A stretch of 64,000 nucleotides of DNA, taken from Desulfomicrobium sp. (GTDB lineage: Bacteria > Desulfobacterota > Desulfovibrionia > Desulfovibrionales > Desulfomicrobiaceae). The stretch covers positions 1,376,001-1,440,000 of the forward strand of contig JAXGMI010000001.1 in NCBI GenBank assembly GCA_040768745.1, in the 5' to 3' direction. Below are positions 48,886-57,174 of this stretch, one piece after another (position 1 is the stretch's first letter; every line of letters starts with the position of its first letter). The position numbers were made by a program, and so were the translations under genes. Below the pieces are notes generated by a model that saw only the letters and a list, made by a program, of their open reading frames with translations, did no database searches and had not been told where the DNA came from.

Positions 48886-49100
48886 ACATCCGGCGTCAAA
48901 TTGACACGTGACAATTTGAACCAGCTCGCGCACGCGCGGGACTGACAGTGACGGAAATGGGGCAACGGTTGCACGATTAACCAGCTCGCGCACGCGCGGG
49001 ACTGAATATCACTTCGTAAGTCAACTTACGAAGTCCGAGGACCAGCTCGCGCACGCGCGGGACTGAACATCCGGCGTCAAATTGACACGTGACAATTTGA
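48886..49100. CRISPR. CRISPR-like mini-array: three 26-bp repeats and four 34-35-bp palindromic spacers; no cas genes in the window
   Basis: ACCAGCTCGCGCACGCGCGGGACTGA at 48920, 48980 and 49041 (period 60-61 bp); first and last spacers identical. The structure is certain; CRISPR function is not. Confidence 0.5.
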
Positions 49101-49209
49101 TAGACAAGGCCCGACACCTTTCAGAAATCCACAAAGCCCCTTCACCCCTATGGCCCGTCCTTGTATCCGCACTGCTTGCTAAAGAATGGTCCGTCAAAGA
49201 CACAAAGCA

Positions 49210-49290
49210 GGTTGAGGATGAGGGCGGCGAGGGCGGAGAAGGGACCGAGGGATAGTTCAATCGCGCCTCCCGCGATTCGACATAAAGCCC
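49210..49290 (+). repeat. Imperfect duplication of 48783-48855 (3' end of the 314-aa gene and its downstream sequence)
   Basis: ggttgaggatgagggcgg...gagggatagttcaat..cgcctcccgcgattcgacata at both loci. Confidence 0.85.
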
Positions 49291-49351
49291 GGTCAGTGGG
49301 ATGCTGGCCGGGCATCTACTCAAGGCCGCATCGCAAATTGCGTGCATCATA

Positions 49352-49388
49352 TAGGTCATCCGGCCGAGTGCTGGGTGGCCTTTTTTTG
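49352..49388 (+). terminator. Rho-independent terminator near the right end of the element
   Basis: aggtcatccggc-cgagt-gctgggtggcct followed by a T-run. Confidence 0.75.
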
Positions 49389-49539
49389 TGATGACAATCC
49401 CCGGATAATCGAAGAAAAGTGTCCCATATCCTCGACGGTGAAAAGCCCGCTAATGGACTCCCGATGCGTCATTTGTTGGGTTAAAAGTTGGGTAGAGCTT
49501 TCGTGTTATATATATTTCAAGGCATTAGAGGTGTGAAGA

Positions 49540-49560
49540 GTGAGTATACTGATCAAAAAA
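49540..49560 (+). repeat. attR core, equal to the first 7 codons of the amidohydrolase gene
   Basis: GTGAGTATACTGATCAAAAAA. Confidence 0.92.
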
Positions 49561-50820
49561 GTGCGTCTCAAAGGCGACATGGTGGACGTGCTCATCAAGG
49601 GCAACCGCTTCGATTCCATCGGCACGGATATAGATGCCGCGGCCGAGACCGTCATTGACGGCACGGGCAAGGCCATCCTGCCGTCCTTCCACAACGCCCA
49701 CACCCATGCGGCCATGACACTCATGCGCGGCTATGCCGATGACATGGAGCTGCACACCTGGTTGTCAGAACACATCTGGCCGTTCGAGGCCAGACTGACC
49801 GAGGACGATGTCTACTGTGGGGCAAAGCTGGCCTGCCTGGAAATGATCAAGTCCGGGACCACGTTTTTCGCCGACATGTACTGGCACTGGAAGGGAACGG
49901 CCAGGGCCGTGGAAGAAATGGGCCTGCGCGCAGCCCTGTCGGCCGCCTTTTTCGACTTTGACGATCCTGCCCGGGCCCGGGCCATGAAGCAGCAGGTCAT
50001 GGATCTGCATGCACTCAGCGCCAGCTCTTCGGACCGCATCCAGTTCATTCTCGGACCGCATGCCATCTACACCGTCTCTGAGGACTCCCTGCGCTGGCTG
50101 AGAGAGTACGCGCATCGTCACGGTCTCCTGGTCCACCTCCATCTTTCGGAAACGAAGAAGGAAGTGGATGACTGCATAGCCAGACACGGCCGACGGCCAG
50201 TGGAATATCTGAACGATCTCGGCTTGCTGGCACCGAACCTGATTCTCGTTCACGCGGTGTGGATGACCGGGGGGGATGTGGCGCTGCTCGCCAGGCATGG
50301 GGTACAGGTGGTACACTGTCCCGTCTCGAACATGAAGCTGTGTTCCGGGCAGTTCGAATATGGAGCCATGCGGCGGCAGGGGGTGGCCGTCGCCTTGGGT
50401 ACGGACGGATGCTCTTCCAACAACAATCTGGATATGATCGAGGAGATGAAGATCGCCTCCCTGCTGGCCAAGGTTACGGCCATGGACCCCACACTCTGTC
50501 CCGCGGAAGAGAGCCTGGATCTGGCCTCGGTCAACGGCGCCCGTATGTACGGCCTGGAGGGGGGGCGCATCGCTTCCGGGCTGCTCGCGGACTGCATTCT
50601 GGTGGACCTGGATCATGTGCGCATGGTGCCGGGGCACAATGTGGTTTCCAACATGGTCTACAGCGCGAACAGTTCCTGTGTGGACACGACCATCTGCAAC
50701 GGTCGGGTGCTTATGCGCGGGCGCAAGGTCGAGGGTGAAGAGGAGATATTGGAACAGGTGCGGGCCTGCGTGGCCAGGCTGACCGGGGCCACTTCAAGGG
50801 GAGACAAGGCGTGCTCCTGA
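49540..50820 (+). CDS. mtaD: Amidohydrolase, MTA/SAH deaminase-like
   Basis: NAHTH, GPHAIYT, HLHLSET, HCPVSNMKL, LGTDG..SNN. Confidence 0.8.
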   Translation: MSILIKKVRLKGDMVDVLIKGNRFDSIGTDIDAAAETVIDGTGKAILPSFHNAHTHAAMTLMRGYADDMELHTWLSEHIWPFEARLTEDDVYCGAKLACLEMIKSGTTFFADMYWHWKGTARAVEEMGLRAALSAAFFDFDDPARARAMKQQVMDLHALSASSSDRIQFILGPHAIYTVSEDSLRWLREYAHRHGLLVHLHLSETKKEVDDCIARHGRRPVEYLNDLGLLAPNLILVHAVWMTGGDVALLARHGVQVVHCPVSNMKLCSGQFEYGAMRRQGVAVALGTDGCSSNNNLDMIEEMKIASLLAKVTAMDPTLCPAEESLDLASVNGARMYGLEGGRIASGLLADCILVDLDHVRMVPGHNVVSNMVYSANSSCVDTTICNGRVLMRGRKVEGEEEILEQVRACVARLTGATSRGDKACS

Positions 50821-51317
50821 TTTACACCGGTAACGGTAAGGGCAAGACCTCCGCCTGCGTGGGTCAGGTGGTCCGAGCCTTTGGCCAGGGGCTGCGGGTG
50901 GCCTTCGGCCAGTTCATGAAAAAGGACGGTCAGGCCGGGGAGCAAAAAGTGCTGTCCGAGCTGCTGGGTGCACGGTTTCTGGCCTCGGGCGCCGGGTTTT
51001 TCCGCAATGTTGCGGACTACCCCCGACATCGGGAAAAGGCGGAGGCATTGCTCGGCTGGGCCAAAAAAAAATTGGATGAAGGCGTGGACCTCCTTGTCCT
51101 GGACGAGATCCTGTATGCCCTCGGCCATGATCTGGTGCGTCGGGAGGAGGTGGAGAACCTTGTCGGCCGCTGCGCTGCCCAGGACTGCCATTTGGTCTTG
51201 TCCGGGCGAGGGGCACCGGATTGGCTGGTTGAAATGGCGGACATCGTCTCGGACATTCGCGAGGTCAAGCATATCCATGCTCAGGGTGGTCCAGCCCGGC
51301 CTGGTATCGAGTTTTGA
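50811..51317 (+). CDS. cobO: Cob(I)yrinic acid a,c-diamide adenosyltransferase
   Basis: YTGNGKGKT, QFMK, LVLDE, LSGR, GIEF. Confidence 0.88.
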   Translation: MLLIYTGNGKGKTSACVGQVVRAFGQGLRVAFGQFMKKDGQAGEQKVLSELLGARFLASGAGFFRNVADYPRHREKAEALLGWAKKKLDEGVDLLVLDEILYALGHDLVRREEVENLVGRCAAQDCHLVLSGRGAPDWLVEMADIVSDIREVKHIHAQGGPARPGIEF

Positions 51318-51327
51318 ACGGAAGGGG

Positions 51328-52359
51328 CTACTCCCCAGGCAGCAGATTCATTTCCCTGACCACTTGGATTCCGCACTTTGGGCATCGCCCCTGGCGCAAC
51401 AGGTTTCTGTGCACCGTGAACCCAGACCGTTGCACCACCGTCTGCCCGCACCCTGGACAGACAGTGTTTTCCAGGCCTGAGCCGGGCACGTTGCCCACAT
51501 AGACATGATGCAGCCCTTGAGTCCGGCCGATGTCATAGGCCTTGGTCAGAGTGGTCAGGGGGGTGGACGGGCGGTCCTGCATGAGGTGGCAGGGGTGGAA
51601 GCGGGAGACGTGCCAGGCGATGTCCTTTCCGAGTTCCATGCACAGGAAGCGTGCGATATCCGTCAGCTCCTGGTCCGAATCGTTCAGGCCAGGAATGATG
51701 AGCGTGGTCACCTCGAGGTGCCATCCCAGTTTTTTCATGTGCACCAGATTTTGGAGCACGGGTTTGAGGCGGGCAGCACAGATGTGCCGGTAGAAGTCCT
51801 CCCGGAAGGACTTGAGGTCGATATTGGCAGCATGGATCAGCTGACCCAGGTCATCCAGGCATTCAGGACTCTGGAATCCGTTGCTGACCATGATGTTCCT
51901 GAGTCCAACCTCCTGGGCCAATCGGGCCGTTTCGACCATAAGTTCGAAAAAGACCGTCGGCTCGGAATAGGTATAGGCCACGGAGGCCGCATGAGAGGTT
52001 TGGGCCATGCGCACCAGATCCGCCGGCGGGATGCGCTGCCCCCGCACAGGGCCACCTTCCCGGGGCGGCTGGGACAGATCCCAATTTTGACAAAAGGCGC
52101 AGCCCAGATTGCAGCCGGGCGTTCCCAGGGACAAGGTCAAGGTGCCGGGCAGGAAATGGAAGAGAGGCTTCTTTTCTATGGGATCGAGGTGCAGGGCGGC
52201 AACGGCGTCGTGAGAAAGGGAGACGAGGCTGCCAGTCCGGTTTTCCCTCACTCCGCACCGACCGCGCTCATCCTTTGGAATGCGGCAGAAATGGGCACAC
52301 AGCCGGCACTGGACCGTGTTGTCATCCAGGGGACGCCACAACAGGGCGGGGGTGGCCAT
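51328..52359 (-). CDS. amrS: AmmeMemoRadiSam system radical SAM enzyme
   Basis: CRLCAHFC, DPIEKKPLFHF, CNLGCAFCQN, AYTYSEP. Confidence 0.88.
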   Translation of the reverse strand: MATPALLWRPLDDNTVQCRLCAHFCRIPKDERGRCGVRENRTGSLVSLSHDAVAALHLDPIEKKPLFHFLPGTLTLSLGTPGCNLGCAFCQNWDLSQPPREGGPVRGQRIPPADLVRMAQTSHAASVAYTYSEPTVFFELMVETARLAQEVGLRNIMVSNGFQSPECLDDLGQLIHAANIDLKSFREDFYRHICAARLKPVLQNLVHMKKLGWHLEVTTLIIPGLNDSDQELTDIARFLCMELGKDIAWHVSRFHPCHLMQDRPSTPLTTLTKAYDIGRTQGLHHVYVGNVPGSGLENTVCPGCGQTVVQRSGFTVHRNLLRQGRCPKCGIQVVREMNLLPGE

Positions 52360-52683
52360 CTATTTCTCCTTGATCCTGACTTCCGGGACCACGATGATGG
52401 GTTCGGGATACTGCTCCGTTCGGATCTGGCTGGGTTTGACCTGCATCAGCGACCCGTTGCCCGGGTCGGACTGGATCCGCATTTCTCCATGCTCAGAGTC
52501 ATCCGGGTCCTTCGTAGAAGGTTCCACGGCCAGAATCGTATCTCTGCCTGCGCCGGATTGGATACGGATATCCTGCCCGGCGTGGAGCGGTGCGGACAGC
52601 AGGAGTGCACAGGCCAGAACCCCTCCAGCCCTTGCCAAAGCCCAGTTTTTTCCTTTACTTGAAAAAGCCGTGGGTTTAATCAC
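52360..52683 (-). CDS. Hypothetical exported protein
   Basis: Signal-peptide-like segment; start uncertain. Confidence 0.5.
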   Translation of the reverse strand: MIKPTAFSSKGKNWALARAGGVLACALLLSAPLHAGQDIRIQSGAGRDTILAVEPSTKDPDDSEHGEMRIQSDPGNGSLMQVKPSQIRTEQYPEPIIVVPEVRIKEK

Positions 52684-52750
52684 GATGGCCCCCTGAAGCT
52701 GATGTTTTCTTTCAGTAGCGGTTTGGCGGGCGAGAAACAAGGAGTCGCAC

Positions 52751-53812
52751 ATGTCTCAGCGGGACAAGGCCTACAAGGACGCCGGGGTGGATATTCAAGC
52801 GGGCAATACGTTCGTTTCCCGGATCAAGTCATTGGTGGCTTCCACCTATACCAAGGGGGTGGTCAACGAAATCGGTGGATTCGGAGGATTGTTCAAGCCC
52901 TCCATGACCATGGTCAACGATCCTGTTCTGGTGGCCTCCACCGACGGCGTGGGCACCAAGCTGAAACTGGCCTTCCTTTTTGACAGGCACGACACCGTAG
53001 GCATCGATCTGGTGGCCATGAGCGTCAACGACATCATTGTGCAGGGAGCCAAGCCTTTGTTTTTCCTTGATTATTTCGCTACAGGGAAGCTCGACATCGA
53101 CAAGGCTGTGGCGGTTGTCAAGGGCATTGTCGAGGGGTGCAGAGAGGCCCAGTGTGCCCTCATTGGCGGGGAAACGGCCGAGATGCCCGATTTCTACGCT
53201 GACGGCGAATACGATCTGTCCGGTTTTTGTGTCGGTATCGTCGACAACGACAAGGTCGTGGACGGCTCAAGCATCGGCGTGGGTGACGCCGTCATCGGCC
53301 TGGCATCGTCAGGCGTGCACTCCAACGGGTATTCCCTTGTTCGCAAGCTCTATGCCCAGTCGGGTCTGAGCCCTGCGGACGTTTTCCCTGGCACCGGCAA
53401 GACCGTGGCCGAAATTCTCCTCGCGCCGACCCGCATCTACGTAGAGGCAGTGCGCAACATCATGCGGGATTGGGAGATCCATGGCATGGTCCATATCACG
53501 GGTGGAGGATTCTACGATAACATCGTGCGAGTCCTGCCCAAAACCGTGACCGCACGCCTGCGGTTCGGTGCCTGGTCCATTCCTCCGGTATTTGACTGGG
53601 TCCGTGCCCAGGGCGATCTGTCCTGGGAGGAGATGCTGCAGATTTTCAACTGCGGCGTGGGCTATATCATGGTCGTCAAGAAGGATGTGGCCAAGGATGT
53701 GGTCCATCGGCTTGGGGCTTTGAAGCAGGACGCCTGGATCATCGGGGAGATCGCCGAGAGGGTCGACGACGAGGAGCAGGTCCGCATCGTCTTTCCATCT
53801 CCGGACGAATAA
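52751..53812 (+). CDS. purM: Phosphoribosylformylglycinamidine cyclo-ligase
   Basis: YKDAGVD, TDGVGTK, GGETAEMP, HSNGYSL, HITGGG. Confidence 0.97.
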   Translation: MSQRDKAYKDAGVDIQAGNTFVSRIKSLVASTYTKGVVNEIGGFGGLFKPSMTMVNDPVLVASTDGVGTKLKLAFLFDRHDTVGIDLVAMSVNDIIVQGAKPLFFLDYFATGKLDIDKAVAVVKGIVEGCREAQCALIGGETAEMPDFYADGEYDLSGFCVGIVDNDKVVDGSSIGVGDAVIGLASSGVHSNGYSLVRKLYAQSGLSPADVFPGTGKTVAEILLAPTRIYVEAVRNIMRDWEIHGMVHITGGGFYDNIVRVLPKTVTARLRFGAWSIPPVFDWVRAQGDLSWEEMLQIFNCGVGYIMVVKKDVAKDVVHRLGALKQDAWIIGEIAERVDDEEQVRIVFPSPDE

Positions 53813-53894
53813 GATGAAGGCGGCTGTGGCCGCCATTGGAGTCTTCGGACCTTTTCCGGATTTTTCAGGCCGCCTCGCTTCGGAGCGGCCTTCG

Positions 53895-54737
53895 TCATTT
53901 CTGCAGTCCGATGAGGGTGCAGGCCACGAGGATCAGCAGCATGCCCAAACCTGTGACGGGAGCGATGCTCTCGCCGAAGACCGTCATGCCGATCAGAATA
54001 TTGGTTACAGGGGTGACCAACACGATGATGGAGCCCTGGGACACTGGCAGGGCCTTGTAGGAGTAGGTCATCAGGAGCTGTCCGATGGCCGCGGTGATGC
54101 CGATGGCGAGGAGGATGAAGCCGCCGTCGATGCCGATGGCCACCGGGGTCAGGTTGGCCGGGATGATCGTCAACCAGAAGCCGATCACGCACTGGGAAAA
54201 AAAGATGGAGTAGGAGGACTCGGTGGCCCGCAGCTTGCGCACAATGACCACGGCCAGTCCCGAGAGCATGGAGCCGGCCAGGGCGATGCACTCGTTCAGT
54301 CCGAGGCCTCCCAGGGCATCGCCACGACCCACGGAGGTCAGGACAAAGCCGCAGAAGGCCAGGGCAATGAGGACCCAGGCCCTGAAAGACACCCGCTCGC
54401 CAAGCAGGACGGCCCCCCACACGGCGGCGAAGACGGGGTAGGAGTAACTCAGAAGCGTGCCCTTGCCCAGGCCGATGGCGTTGATGGACCAGAAGAAGAT
54501 GAACACGGCCAGGCCGCCGATGAAGCCGCGGCTGAAAAGCAGGGAGGAGCTGGCGAACTCCAAACGGATGCGGCGGCACATGGCGGCCGTGCCCAGCAGC
54601 GCCATGCCGATGGCGAAGCGGAAGAGGGTCGTCTTGAAAGGGTCGATGGTCGGCGCCAGGCGGATAAGGGTGGATGTGGCTGAGAAGCACAGGGCCGCTC
54701 CCAGCATGCTGCACATACCCAGGGCGTGGGTGTTCAT
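53895..54737 (-). CDS. DMT/EamA-family transporter
   Basis: About 10 TM helices in two EamA-like repeats. Confidence 0.85.
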   Translation of the reverse strand: MNTHALGMCSMLGAALCFSATSTLIRLAPTIDPFKTTLFRFAIGMALLGTAAMCRRIRLEFASSSLLFSRGFIGGLAVFIFFWSINAIGLGKGTLLSYSYPVFAAVWGAVLLGERVSFRAWVLIALAFCGFVLTSVGRGDALGGLGLNECIALAGSMLSGLAVVIVRKLRATESSYSIFFSQCVIGFWLTIIPANLTPVAIGIDGGFILLAIGITAAIGQLLMTYSYKALPVSQGSIIVLVTPVTNILIGMTVFGESIAPVTGLGMLLILVACTLIGLQK

Positions 54738-54740
54738 GGG

Positions 54741-56021
54741 TTATGTCCAGAGTACGGGCACGCCGTCCCGCAGGAAAGGGTTGAAATATCCGTACTTGAT
54801 CCAGGGGCAGGTCTTGCGGAGGCGCTTCATGAAATTCGCAAGCCCCATGGAGGGCTCGGCCGGATCCCCCACGCAGCCGATATAGAGTTCAGGGTCGAGA
54901 CTCAGGTTGCGCATCTGAATGAAATCCGGCCTGGTGGTGGTGACCAGGTCCGTAAGTGCCAGAAGTTCGCTTTCCGTGTCGTTCGCCCCAGGGAAGAAAA
55001 GATAGTTCAAGGACACAAAGAGCCCGTTCGCCTTGGCCGTGGTAATGGTGCGGAGTACATCGGCAAAGCGGTAGCCGCGGGGGCGATAGTAGACATTGTA
55101 GATTGATTCGCGGGCGCTGTTCAAGCTGACCCGGATGGAATCGAGGCCGGCCTGAGCCAGGCTGGGGATGGTATCAGGAAGGCTCGCGTTGGTGTTGATG
55201 TTCACCGTCCCTTGCCCCCCGGCATTGCGGAAAAGGGCGATTGCCTCGGCGATGAGAGACGCCTCGGAGAGCGGTTCGCCCTCGCAGCCCTGGCCGAAGG
55301 ACAGGATGGGATTTTTGGTCCTCCGCGCATGCAGGCTCATGACCTCGGTGATCTCCTGTGGCGTTGGCGTGAAATCGATGCGATTCTGGGAGGCAGGAAA
55401 TCCAGAGTCCTCGGGTTGGAAGGAGATGCAGCCGAAACAGCGGGCGTTGCAGATTCTGGCTGTGGGCAGTGGAGCCTCGTAGCGGCCCAGGGCCAGATTC
55501 TTGGCCGCCGGACAGCAAAATGTCAGTGCGCAACGGGCCAGGTGCTGGAGCAGACGGTTTGCGGGATAGCGCTTCAGCAGATCCTGGGCGCCTCTGGCGA
55601 TGCGTTCCTGGGATATGCCGGTAAAGACCTGCCGCCGATCCTTGTCCACCTGTGTGGCTGTCACCCAGAAGCGATCATTGGCGAACCCCACAGCGCCGTA
55701 CGCGAAAAGCGGGAGCCTGGTTGCGCTGTCTTCCTGAAGATACGCCGCTGTGGCCGAGAGGGTGTAGGTCGGGCAGACAAATGCGGCCACAGCCCGTTCG
55801 TCCAGGGCTTCGGCCCTGCCCGTTACCGGATCGAGGCCCAAAGCATGGCGGCCAGGCAGGAGGTAGAGATCGCTGCCTTCGGGCAGGGGGATGAGCTCAT
55901 CCGGCCGGGGGAGGGTCAGTTCCCGGCCACGGCGGACCAGCATCAGAAATTCCGGATGGTCGTAGATGTTGCCGTGGTCATCGGCGAACACCATGACGGG
56001 CTGGATTTTTTTAGCGGCCAT
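54741..56021 (-). CDS. Radical SAM protein
   Basis: CNARCFGC, SFGQGCEGEP. Confidence 0.88.
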   Translation of the reverse strand: MAAKKIQPVMVFADDHGNIYDHPEFLMLVRRGRELTLPRPDELIPLPEGSDLYLLPGRHALGLDPVTGRAEALDERAVAAFVCPTYTLSATAAYLQEDSATRLPLFAYGAVGFANDRFWVTATQVDKDRRQVFTGISQERIARGAQDLLKRYPANRLLQHLARCALTFCCPAAKNLALGRYEAPLPTARICNARCFGCISFQPEDSGFPASQNRIDFTPTPQEITEVMSLHARRTKNPILSFGQGCEGEPLSEASLIAEAIALFRNAGGQGTVNINTNASLPDTIPSLAQAGLDSIRVSLNSARESIYNVYYRPRGYRFADVLRTITTAKANGLFVSLNYLFFPGANDTESELLALTDLVTTTRPDFIQMRNLSLDPELYIGCVGDPAEPSMGLANFMKRLRKTCPWIKYGYFNPFLRDGVPVLWT

Positions 56022-56040
56022 TTTTTTCTCCGAAAAAAAG

Positions 56041-56070
56041 AAGGCAGGGAAGCAACCACTTCCCTGCCTT
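56041..56070 (-). terminator. Terminator after rpsI
   Basis: aaggcagggaag...cttccctgcctt hairpin with T-run on the minus strand. Confidence 0.75.
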
Positions 56071-56092
56071 CTGTGCGAAAACCAGATCCGGA

Positions 56093-56485
56093 TTAACGCT
56101 TGGAGTACTGGAACCGGGCGCGGGCAGCGCGCTGGCCGTACTTTTTCCTTTCCTTGACGCGGGAATCGCGGGTCAGCAGACCAGCACGTTTCAACACGCC
56201 GCGGAGTTCGGGATCGAATTCCAGTAGAGCGCGGCTGATACCATGGCGCACTGCCTGGGCCTGACCGGAAAGGCCCCCGCCGGTAACCCGGCAGGCAATA
56301 TTGAATTTCTCGATGGTCTTGGTCAGTTTGAGGGGCTGACGGATGATCATCTGCAGCGTGGCCCGCGGGAAATAATCGCTCAATTCGCGGCCGTTCACGG
56401 TGATGCTGCCAGTGCCTTTATACAGTCTGGTCCGGGACACGGAAGTCTTTCTCTTGCCGGTACCGTAAAAGAAATCTTGGCTCAT
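56093..56485 (-). CDS. rpsI: 30S ribosomal protein S9
   Basis: [20 protein letters not shown]...QYSKR. Confidence 0.98.
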   Translation of the reverse strand: MSQDFFYGTGKRKTSVSRTRLYKGTGSITVNGRELSDYFPRATLQMIIRQPLKLTKTIEKFNIACRVTGGGLSGQAQAVRHGISRALLEFDPELRGVLKRAGLLTRDSRVKERKKYGQRAARARFQYSKR

Positions 56486-56503
56486 AATCCTCTCCATCCC
56501 TGA

Positions 56504-56932
56504 TTAGATGTCCAGAACTTCAGGCTGCTGCGCCTGATGTGGGTGTTCCGCGCCGGGGTATACTTTCAGTTTTGTGATCAGCTGATAGCCGAGGGCGCTC
56601 TTGGGCAGCATACCCCGCACGGCCTTGGTGATGACATCCTGTGGCTTTTTCTTCATCATTTCGGCCAGGGTGGTCTCCCGCAGGCCGCCGACCTTTCCGG
56701 TATACCGGTAATACACCTTCTGAGTGCTCTTCTGGCCGGTGACTTTGATCTGGTCAGCATTGATGACGATGATGAAGTCACCATTGTCCATATGCGGTGC
56801 GAATTCGGCCTTGTGCTTTCCCCGGAGACGGGATGCGATTTCCGTGGCAAGCCGCCCCAGGACCTTGTCTTTGGCATCGACAAGATACCATTTGTGGGTC
56901 AGTTCGCTTGCTTTGGGGCTGTATGTCTTCAT
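56504..56932 (-). CDS. rplM: 50S ribosomal protein L13
   Basis: [29 protein letters not shown]. Confidence 0.98.
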   Translation of the reverse strand: MKTYSPKASELTHKWYLVDAKDKVLGRLATEIASRLRGKHKAEFAPHMDNGDFIIVINADQIKVTGQKSTQKVYYRYTGKVGGLRETTLAEMMKKKPQDVITKAVRGMLPKSALGYQLITKLKVYPGAEHPHQAQQPEVLDI

Positions 56933-57174
56933 TTCTGTGGCTCCTGCCTGATAAAACCCGTATCGTTGCGGGTGCTTCCAATCTTGAGATCAGTGATAAC
57001 ATACACAAATGCTTGTGCTTTATCACCGTAACCGCTACAACGTAACGAAACAATGCTTGTGGGATAAGGAACGAATCAGCTATCCGGCCTTGGCCTGCTT
57101 GTAAAGTGTTTTTCGCCATTGGTGAAGAAAAAAATTTTGGGTCGCCGCCAGATGGCGTCATCCGGAGGTTGTTT

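Larger units (their letters stand above)
40061..49560 (+). mobile_element. Integrated phage-satellite-like (PICI-like) element, 9.5 kb
   Basis: 21-bp direct repeat at both ends; integrase, AlpA-like HTH, primase-DUF3987, RuvC-like and TerS-like genes, all on +; no recognisable capsid, tail or lysis genes. Confidence 0.88.

Noticed and set aside
48886..49100. Complete canonical CRISPR-Cas locus
   Set aside because: No cas genes in the window, only three repeats, spacer-like units at both ends, a duplicated spacer and no clear leader; kept only as CRISPR-like.
40061..49560. Complete prophage or conjugative element
   Set aside because: No recognisable large terminase, portal, capsid, tail, lysis, relaxase or T4SS genes.
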